Origin: Kudoa neothunni
Lineage: Eukaryota; Animalia; Cnidaria
DNA length: 64,000 bases
NCBI GenBank assembly: GCA_964304625.1
Contig: OZ199839.1
Coordinates: 7,349,779 to 7,413,778, forward strand
Direction: 5' to 3'
A program made the translations under genes and the position numbers. Under the pieces are notes generated by a model. The model did no database searches, was not told the origin of the DNA, and saw only the letters and a program-made list of their open reading frames with translations. Shown one piece after another: positions 12,301 to 22,245 of the stretch; the first letter of the stretch is position 1, and every line of letters starts with the position of its first letter.

Positions 12301-15300
12301 TTAAAAATCCTTATATTATATATCTATATAGATATACATAATAAAGTTCTTATGTCTGTCAGTGTGTGTGAGTTTGCAGCAGTACGTACGTGTCACGAAT
12401 AAACATTTGTTAAATACAACCTTTATTTTGCATTTGAATAAATAATGTCATTAATAAAAATCGTTCATTCACTCAGAAGTATAACTATAGTCAATAACAC
12501 AGTCCGAAGTAAGGAATTTTCTGGTTGTCTTCACAAATAGCAGATTAGAAAGTACCTGAATAATATTGGTTTGTTTACTTCAGAATGATATTCAATTAAA
12601 ATGAACTTTTACTCATTATATAGAAAAAGAATCTCTTAATTATGGTATAGAATGTTCAAAAAATTTTACATATACATGTTTGGAATCATTTAAGACGGAT
12701 AATGTCACTAGAGCCATATCTACAAGAGATGTAGTATTTACCTTAAAATTTGGAGCATAACCAAATCATTTAGGATGCATTTTCACTATTCAAGCGTTGT
12801 GGATATAGTTAAACGAAAAAGAGTATGATCATTTTAAATAAAACACCTAATTTGAGATTACAAGTAGTTGCCACGTTGGAATAATATTGGTCTCTATACT
12901 CTATACGCATTCTAAAAACGATGTAGTAAGATGTGTGTAGATTTTTTAAACAATTAAATTTTTGTGATAGCTTCTTAAATGAAAATTATGCTCCATTGGA
13001 ATTCTTGAGGTGTGAACACTTCTTTTTATCAAATATATCGATTGAAATTATATTCGTCTTTTCGATAAGTTTCTATATTTGATGAGATAATTTGTTAAAT
13101 AATGTTTAAGTTCTTATCAACCAAATTAATCCATATCACAGACCTTAAGATAAATATTCAAATCTATATATTGTTTTCTTTAGGCTCGCATTAATTCATT
13201 ATGATATAAAAGCTGCATAAAAATATGCGGCACCGCATTCTATAAGTAGTTTAATAATTTATGTTCACGATTACTTTTACAGAAAATACAGTCCCTTCTC
13301 AATATGTGACTTGTAAGTTAATAAGAAATTATTGGTCTATTAGATCTAACCGATATTTTCACAAAGTTTCCGTTAATCTAAGAATAGCTCGATACGAAGA
13401 GATTTTTTTAGAGCAATCAAACAGTACGTTAATTTTTAAAAGGGTGCATTCCTTCAAGAAAACCAGTTGATATTTAAATATTTTAGCATTACTGTAATTT
13501 TTCAAACCAAAAACACCTTTACACTTTTGATTTAATCATGTTTTGTTAATTAAATAATGTGTGTATTTTTGAACCAGTAAGTATTCTTGATAAAAAGCAA
13601 AGTTGGATTTATTTATAAATCGGGAAATTTTGTTACAGTAGTGAATACGTAAGTTACCGCTCACAGCTTTTTAAAACATCATTGGCATTATTATAAAATC
13701 GCAAAAAGGAGTAACAATTAATATTTATATTTCGGAGGTATCTTAGGTTGATTTTATTTATTTTATCGTTTGTAGACTAATAATAAATTTTATAACTAGA
13801 AGGATTAATTTTTATCTCAAAATTTTGAAAAGAGCTGAAAGTCCTATTTAAGTTACTTAATGATTTTTTAATAAATAACTGAACTTTAATCGTTATTTAA
13901 ATTGCTCTTAAAATTAAGATAATTATAATCTGTAAAATAAACTTAAAATTACTCATTAATTTCCCTCAATACCTCTATTTATATTTGAATATAAAGTGGG
14001 GGAATAATTTTGTTTTTCTATATCATCACATTGCAAAAATAATGACAAGCTTTAAAATGCATCGATTACAATAGAAATATCCAATTTACAGGGTTTAAAG
14101 TTCTAATTAGACAAACTCTTCCATAGAATTACTTCATTCAATAATAAAATTAAAAGTTGAAATTTTCCATCACACTGTACCAGGCAAAATTGGGCATTGG
14201 CGCTATTTATTTAAAAATCAAAAAGGCTTTAGTCTGCGCAAGGAAGCCTTTGCGAAATGGGGCTTTTGCGCTAGTATACATACATATATTTCTTATTCAT
14301 AAATTAATTTACAGGTAAAAATTTACACATTTCTGTCAACAGCGGAAGAGATTTCCCCATAAAATCATGGATTTTGATAATGGTAAAATGAAAATGTGAA
14401 AAATGAAGCAATAATAAACCAGCTTATTTCTAATCTTTCACGCAACTCAAAGCAAAGTATGTACAGGCAGAATTATTCCTGTTTTGTGCGCATGCGAAAA
14501 TAAACGAAAAATGCATCTTTGATTTATTTGTAATAAATTTATTGTATTTTAAAGTGTAAAAAATAATGTGAATAATTATGTTCCTAACCTTAGATGCAAT
14601 GATTCTAATTATATTACAGTAAGAAACCAATTTCACGTAATCCCCTCGGGATCCAGGAGAAAAGTGCGTAAAACCGGTCACGTCCACTTTCACGCACTTA
14701 CGTGCGCAATTATTTCCGAACAAATTGTCATTTAATAATGATTAAATTGCGTTTATAAAGGCTAATTAACTATATATTCATTTTTAAACGATAATTAAAA
14801 CTCAAGAAACGTGTTAACAGCACAAAAATATTTTTCAACGATCTATGAAATACTCTTCTTGTTGCTATCGGTAGAATAAGACAGTTTGTCTATATTTTAA
14901 ATATAATTTTCAGAGTATCTTTTAAAAAATGTTCTGAATTAATTGGTCTATTACGAAGTAGTTTCAGATGTAGCAACAGTAGATTAACTAATAAAATTTG
15001 ATTTTTTAATGTTGGGCCTTTTATTTAAACAACCAAACCCTCAACTAATTGCACACGAAGGTAAATTATTTTCTTTTCTTTGACAAATTGATGTCTCTTG
15101 ATGATTATTGTGACGACGCTTACTACAATCTTTCTGATTCGTGATTCGTGTCCACTCACACACATTTTCATCAACAGAATAAAATTGTCTTGCATCCAAA
15201 TGATTTCTATTTTTAGATTACACAACCATTTATAGGTTTTGATTATTTTATTTTTCATCTCTAGGATGCCATTAGGAGTCGGGATAATGGATATTTTAAA

Positions 15301-17720
15301 ATGTGATACAGTGGCAGTTTTTGGGTCGTTAGATTGAAGACTTTCATAATAATTAGTAATATTGTACTCTTCGATAATAGATATAGTTTAGGAGTTTGTT
15401 GGCAGTTAACATTGGTCTAATCAACTAATAAACAAGAAGTACCCAGAAAAGTGCGTGGAAATTGGCAAATCACATTACTTGTACTTACGTTATTTAGCAT
15501 CTTTTTAAGATAATTTTTATAAAATTTTTGATTGAAATATTATAATAAACAATGACTAATCAATATTCTAACTAAATTGGTTTTTAAAAAGTGCGTGAAA
15601 TTGGTTATTTGCTGTAATACATATTTGCATGCGGTCACAATGGCCACCTCCAGGTTCTCGTGTAAACTTTACCTCAGGTGTTCGAGGGTTAAAACTCAAT
15701 TTTAAAATTGAATGTACAAGCACGAACTTTCTCATCGCAAATGATTCACTATTGTTTTGATATAAATTTATAAAACTGTAACTAAATTCTCACCATTAAA
15801 TATAATTAAACGTAATTAAACATAATTAGTGAATCAAATTAGTTGACACAATAATATATTATCTTTGTTACCATATATAATAAATATTACACACGAAAAT
15901 ACGTTAAAATACGTTAAGTTAAAATGCCCCCATATCGAATATCTATCTAATGACTTTTAAATTAATGCAAGTAGACATCCCGATATTAGAAAAAATAAAT
16001 TAACCACAATCTCATTTGATTTATATCATGAATCAGAAAGTTGTCCGATTAAATTTGAGGAAAAAGTCGGCCCTCATTCAACAAACAATTATCAATTTAC
16101 TTGGTGGATGATGTGAAACTTGTTCGCTAACAAATGAAACATCTCCTTTCTGTGCCCACGGGATAGGAGAATCGGATGCACAAGCATCAGTCTACATCAC
16201 CGATCGAACAAAAATGCTGTAATACAATGACTGAATCAAACTTACGTTTAAACGATCTGGCATTCTGTACAAGCATTTAAACACTTCTCCAATAATAGGG
16301 TTGTAAGGTTTTTTGGCCACTGAACCCTAACATAAAAACAACGTTTGGAGACGAATTTACGATATCTACCATAAAAACAATCAATTACCCGTCTCCCAGC
16401 GTGAAAACTTGACAAATAAAATTTCAAAGCACCAAGCATTCTTTCCATCGGAGTGGGTAATTTTGGTATGCTACAAACAATAACTTACACCACTCAAAAC
16501 CACACACACAATATCACCTAGTAAAGAGGTATGGATGAGCAAAAAACTCCGAATACATCTCCAACAATGATCTCCTCTCAAGAATAAAAGTTGGCAAGGT
16601 GATCTTTGTAAGATCCATGCCAATTTTTACTTGAGACAACAAATGAGTTATCACACTGTGACCATCTTCATTGCCTATAGATTTGGTGATGTAATATCAA
16701 TAACACACATAAGCCACATCGAATTATTCCCTTGTGTTTCGATAGCACAAGAACAATCGTTGGTTAAATGTGATGAGAATCAGTTGATTCTCATCACAAA
16801 TTTCAATAATCAGACAAAAATAAGAATAATCCAATTGCTAATTACAGCGATCAGGAATTTCAAACGGATCCTCTTCGTTGCCATATTCGATGTTGTTATC
16901 CAATTCCACTTTGGAGAGGCTTGTGTTACTTTCACCTTGAACGCCATTATTGCATTCGGCCATATTACACAATATAAACCGTTGATTGATTGAAATCCAG
17001 CATCGTCATCCGATAATGCCATACATTTATCATTAACTTTGGAACTGTTCACTTTGGAGATCCGAAATTTAACCAAACCATTCATCCATAAAAAATAATT
17101 ACTATTTTCTACACCTGACATAACCGATACACACGCAGGCCCGCAATCAACAAGCAATGATACCCTTTCCGACTCTTTACGACTTTACTTAACCAAATTC
17201 GTTATCTTCTTCATTTGATTCATTAGTTACTTTTAATGTTGGACAATTTGACTTGGATTTATCGGAATTTTCCTCAAACTATTAAATGTGCTTTGGTGCG
17301 GTTGTAACCATTGATGACGAATAATCACCATGGGAAACCACTTATTTCAATGTTGTTACTGAGATGAACATTATCGATAAAGTCACAGTTACTTTCAGTT
17401 ATTTGTGAGGATGTAGATAAAACCCCCTTTTAAATATACGGAGATGAGAGTGTGTTCTGTAGGTAGATAAGATGTTATCTTGTTGTTCATTATCTCCTGA
17501 AACGTTCGGTCCGTTATAGAGGACCTGTTCAAAGATCGTATTAGTTGTTGTTATCGAATGAAGTTTAATTGGAAAATTATTGTTACAAATAATACTGTTG
17601 TTTGAGGTTATGTTTTTGTTGCAATTATATGTGAGAAACTCAACAAATGTTCTATTTTAATGGATAATTTATTTTTTTTCGACGAACAAATGTGTTAACC
17701 GTTGAAACCTAGCGTATGCA
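9364..17720 (-). CDS. OSBPL9: Oxysterol-binding protein-related protein, ORP9-like (multi-exon; 5' end uncertain)
   Basis: Spliced exons give [59 protein letters not shown], the OSBP fingerprint [41 protein letters not shown] and [11 protein letters not shown], ending at TGA 9364-9366. All junctions checked in the ORD are GT-AG, with one 5.2-kb intron (10874-16100). Confidence 0.9.
12323..14274 (+). mobile_element. Decayed Helitron (copy H2), ~1.95 kb
   Basis: 5' A|TCTATATAGATATACATAATAAAG..TGTCTGTC (alternative TC start at 12308). 3' GGAAGCCTTTGCGAAATGGGGCTTTTGCGCTAG|T. The interior may hold faint, unconfirmed RepHel remnants. Confidence 0.75.
14617..15614. mobile_element. TA-flanked TIR element (pogo/Tc1-type MITE or deletion derivative)
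   Basis: TA|CAGTAAGAAACCAATTTCACG at 14615 is inverted at CGTGAAATTGGTTATTTGCTG|TA ending 15614. An internal motif AAAAGTGCGT recurs at ~14659, ~15447 and ~15587. Confidence 0.6.
16769..16798. repeat. Perfect 14-bp inverted repeat (2-nt loop) in an ORP9 intron
   Basis: TGTGATGAGAATCA-GT-TGATTCTCATCACA. Confidence 0.9.
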
Positions 17721-18515
17721 TTTGTTCCAAATAATCAAATCTTAATTCTCGCACTTCGCCTCGGTCTTATAATATTCAAATTATTCAATAGTCAATAGTG
17801 GTAAGTACACATTTAATCCACGTTAAGATTAAATACTTTAAAGTCTGAATTGTTTATTGTTTTATAATTGGTTTACTCGCCGATTAACAACGATGTTTTT
17901 AAATCGATGTTAAATATTTGTATGATATTAAAACAACGATGTCAAGTAGGATTATTCTGAAAATAACTTGGTTTTTATCGAGCTGTATTGAAAACTTAGC
18001 TAATACAAATTATTAATAAAATTTATCGTTATTCACAAAAAACAATTTCATAAAACAAACTGGGGTTCAACATAACAAAATTTGTGCAGTGTATAAATTA
18101 GGGTTTAGACAATAGTTAAAGCTCAGAATATAAAAATAATGATCTAATAATTATAAAGTTTATTATTCTTTTAAATTATAATATTTATTGCTTACAAATA
18201 TTTATATGGGTTATTTAGGAATAATGTAGCCATTAAGCTTCTAAGTCAAGTCACATGAAAATTTACACCCTCCAAGTATCATTAGTATAATTGGAATCAA
18301 AAACATCCCACGTTTCTATTTGAAAAAATATTCTAAAAAATGATAATTTGGATTTTCAGAAGTTTTTAAAATATTTGAGAGATCCGTATATACTCAGTTA
18401 TTTCATAAATGTCATCATGAAATATTGTGCGCGCATGTGAGAATGATAAAGAAATATTTGAACCACTGCGTATTTGTGTGTATTACGCTTGAACTCACAT
18501 ATTTTCTATAAATAT

Positions 18516-18813
18516 TGTTGGGTCTCCGACTTCTCCAGTTTAGCGCGGGAAACATTTGGGCGGCCGCGGGGTCAACACTTACAAACTATTTCCCTCATAA
18601 TCCAAACCGTGTTTGACCCCGGGTTCTCCACCACGACAGCTCTAGTCTTAGACCTACGAGTTGCTTACGGAGCTTTTGGGTCTAAGCCGAACGTAGAAGA
18701 CCCCGAATCACCAGCCCCTCCCTCACCCTATATAAACCACCTCGTGATTAGAGTATTGATTGTCTTGTTTATTTCTTAGTTGAGTCTCCCTCTTTTGCAT
18801 TTTTGGCGCGACA
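18516..18813. mobile_element. Possible solo LTR (GC-rich 298-bp island)
   Basis: Starts TGTTGGG, ends CGCGACA (TG...CA), has an internal CTATATAAA and contrasts sharply in GC with its flanks. No target-site duplication found. Confidence 0.4.
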
Positions 18814-18931
18814 TTTCAAATATAACTCAAAATCCAGCTTATTTAACTAAATTAATTCTTTATTTAATTTGCGCTTAAGTGATAATAAATATCATAATCC
18901 TGACATAGACACCTGCGGAAAACCTTTAGCG

Positions 18932-18953
18932 TAGATAGATAGATAGATAGATA
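18932..18953 (+). repeat. (TAGA)n microsatellite
   Basis: TAGATAGATAGATAGATAGATA. Confidence 0.85.
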
Positions 18954-18999
18954 CGCTTAAAATGTTCATTAGGGCGAAAACTACGCGTAAAATTCCATC

Positions 19000-19951
19000 T
19001 AAAGATGCCGTAGTTCATCAACCAACATGACAAAACTTCCCGGATTATTTTGTTACCGCAATCTTTTCCATACCATCAACAAGGTAAAACTCGCATTATT
19101 TGGTCGAATCTATGTAATGAGAATAAATCTCGATATATCTTTCCTTCCTTCTAACCCAAATATCTCTTTAACCGATCCTCGATTATCCCTGGGATATCCC
19201 ATCAGAAATAAACAGTTAATGAACCCATCCAATTCAATCCATTTATCACCAAAAATTTTTCCGCCGAAAAAACTGGATATTTTAAAATAATTTCGTGCAT
19301 AATAGAATTAATCATTATGCTGAAAGTACCAATTGTATTTTGTTACAACAACGGAGAAACACCAGGACAACTATCCATAATATTTGCAATACATGTTCTA
19401 TATGCAAACGGCGGGTTCATCGACCGTAACGTTGTTCCGTTCTTGTGTATTAATGAGTTAAGTTGTATATCTGTATCGATATCATTTTTTTCCAAAGATA
19501 AATAATCATAAAATGGAAAAATGAATCTGAAGACTCGGTATCGGAGTAATTACTATTAAGATCACTTGGACACAAATTGAAATTAATTATGGTGCATGAG
19601 CGATGAAGATTAGGATATGATATTCATGCAATAAAAATATATTTACTCAATAGAGTTTTTTCAAAGTTTTCCCAAACATTTAAATAACTATTTTGAATAA
19701 TTAGATGAACAAAAATCGAGAGGTCTTTCGGACCCCAATTTTACTTTTTACTTTCTACTTTCTACTTGGAGGGTGTTTTTGCATTAATTTTTTGTCTGCG
19801 AATGAAAAAGTTTGTTGATTCGACGCATTTTACCACAGAAAATTTTATTGGAAAAGACCGACTGCCGAAAATTTCCCAAAAAATTAATGTGGTAGAAAAT
19901 TGATTACTAATGACGCCTGGAGTCCAAAAGACCCCAATTATACCTAGGGGA
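19000..19951 (-). mobile_element. Truncated, decayed piggyBac of a second family (5' terminus plus N-terminal transposase remnant)
   Basis: Ends ..GGAGTCCAAAAGACCCC..CTAGGGGA|TTAA, with the same palindrome type as the complete piggyBac. The minus strand of ~19090-19460 translates with stops and frameshifts to ANIMDSCPG..KIFGDKWIELDGFINCLFLMG..IYRDLFSLHRFDQIMRVL, which aligns to ENIMNPRPG..FSDLWNDLDDVELRGFFGTLILMA..MYREIFSFNRFRQILRCI of ORF 58476-59888. Confidence 0.7.
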
Positions 19952-20199
19952 TTAATCCAAGCAGTCAATTCCCGCAATTGGCTCGGTTATAAGAATAAAC
20001 GAAATGGCTATTTGGAACGATAAATAATATTCAGTTAACACTAGTTTTGACTATTCTTTATTATTTCTAATCCCTAAGAACGAAGGATTGGAATGAAATA
20101 ACTTGATTTAGCAAAATCTAAAAAATTAAATCTGAATATAAATTTTGAGTAAGAGTTGATGGGATTAAAAATTGTCATTATGCAAGCGTGTGTGCTTGT

Positions 20200-20853
20200 T
20201 AGGACCAGAATTTACCCCCCCAAATAGTCCTCTGCTGTAGCTTGACTTGAAAATTTCAGGATTCGGGATTTTTATTCAAAAAAATTGCTAAATTATTCGT
20301 TCTCACATTATTTTGAGAGGTAATTAACATTCTTAGATTAACTTTGTGCTCTGTTGGGGGCATCTTTATGAATTCCCCTTGTCAATAATTAATAAACATT
20401 TTTCTCAAAAATAAATGTACTTTTTTCACTTGATGGTCCTGTTTTTATAAACACGTCTGCATCCACGACCATCATTCAAATCAAGTGAAAGAAGACACAC
20501 GGCATCTTGCTTATTCGGAAGTCGGTGAACGAATCGAAGTGCGTTTGGAACGCTCGGAGAAAGATCATCATAGTCGTCACTGTTTTAGTACTTTCATATT
20601 TTAAAATAAATATTCGGTGAAAAAATCGAACCTGTTATCAAAAATTTGTTTCCCCCGTAAAATCCCAAATTTATAAAATTATTCCGGATTCGTGATTAGC
20701 TACTCCCGAAATTTTCAAGTTTTAACTATAGCTAAACTAGTATAAAACCTCAAGGTAACTATGAATTTGGCTTCCAAGTTAAGGGGATAAATTTCGTTTT
20801 TTCATCAGGATGGGAGGGTAAATTTGAAAAAACGATTTTGAACCCCCGACCTA
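20200..20853. mobile_element. Degenerate inverted-repeat element (unclassified MITE)
   Basis: ACTTGAAAATTTCAGGA (20245-20261) is inverted at TCCCGAAATTTTCAAGT (20704-20720), 16/17 match. AATTTACCCCC / GGGTAAATT lie near the ends. Termini and TSD are not resolved. Confidence 0.4.
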
Positions 20854-21571
20854 GATGATATCATCATATTTTCGACCGAATGAAAAAAGACATATTAAAC
20901 ACTTGAAAAACGTACGCATCTGTTTTAGACTGAGAAAATCCACGCATTAATTATACTAAAATGACGTTCGCAATCGCCCGAATATTATATATAAAAAAGA
21001 AAACTATTATAAATACTACAAAATCTATTTTAATAGTTTATAGTTTAAAACAGATTAAAATTCAATTGGATATCTAAATATCCATTGCTCATTGGTACGC
21101 CTTTTTTCCAATATAAATAGCGTATGGACCTTTAATTTAGATGTTGCGGTTGCAGAGACACTGTGTTTTTAAAAAATAACGACCAAATCGTCTCTATAAT
21201 TCTCATTAAAATTATATTTTCAGATCCACTAAATTTTTCGATTTTATTAAAAACTAAAAATGAAGGTTTTTATCATTTCAATAAAATTTGTGACAGAAAA
21301 TAAAATACACCTTATTCGAATTTAGTTGATGTTTTACAATAACATTCGAAAAACTTATTCAATTAAATAACTTAATAAAATTTTCTGGGTAAATGGATAA
21401 TAAAATAAATTATTTGATTTATTTTACTACAATTGGATCCTATTTATCAAGCATTGCTGCAATGGAATTTAAATAATTTTTCAAATAACAACCAAAACGA
21501 GACCAAATAATGGCATATAATTATTACTAACTAGATAGGCAAGTATCCAAGTCAAATATCGAGTCCTTAAC

Positions 21572-22245
21572 TTACTCTTTGGGAAAATAACTCTTGATAT
21601 AATTTTGGAAGTCAAAACACCGGACACAGAAGGGCTTCTTGGTGGCTGTCATCAATCGGGACATGTTGCTGATTGACACCATTGTTTCTTTTCCGATGGA
21701 CATCAACAATACGCAAATACATGGATCATCTTTGCATTGTTCCTTGATTTCCATAAGAGAGCTGTAGACCATTTTCTCCAAATTGATGGCTTTTTCGAAT
21801 GCATCCTCCAATTTTATCTTGTCGTTTCCTGAGACGCATAAATCGGCCTTTTAAAAATGGTTAAAAAGAAAAGTTGACGAGCAAATATTCATTACTTTTA
21901 TAGGGCTCAGAATGACACTTCCACCTCTACAGTTGATAAATCCTACCACCTTGCACCATTTCAATTAATAATATTACAATAAGTGGGGAGTACTTTCTTG
22001 ACGTGTTCGGCTTCTTCCATTGATTGTTGATTAAAAAATTCAACCACATTTGGAAGCGCTTGGTCCGGTCTATCGAAGTAGATGGCCTTTAAACATAGCA
22101 ATTATTTTTTAAATTCTATGCATAAATTTACCAAGGATTTGTAAGCATACATTACAGTTATCTCCAAGTTGAGGTGTTTGTTTAACAGTTCCTCACTTTT
22201 CTTTGAGAGAGCCATGGAATCTTCCTTTCTGCGATCTGAACTCAT
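21572..22245 (-). CDS. Ferritin, divergent H-type-like subunit, 4 exons, 178 aa
   Basis: Exons 22245-22132, 22086-21994, 21949-21896 and 21847-21572 (GT-AG introns of 45, 44 and 48 nt) give LLNKHLNLEITVMYAYKSLAIYFDRPDQALPNVVEFFNQQSMEEAEHVKKVVGFINCRGG..AFEKAINLEKMVYSSL..DP, the typical ferritin helix A-D pattern. Confidence 0.88.

Larger units (their letters stand above)
11830..15688. mobile_element. TTAA-flanked non-autonomous piggyBac-like element inside the ORP9 intron, carrying nested insertions
   Basis: TTAA|CCCTCGAATGCCTTCAGGT at 11826-11848 and ACCTCAGGTGTTCGAGGG|TTAA at 15671-15692, i.e. CCC...GGG termini with a TTAA TSD. Confidence 0.7.
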
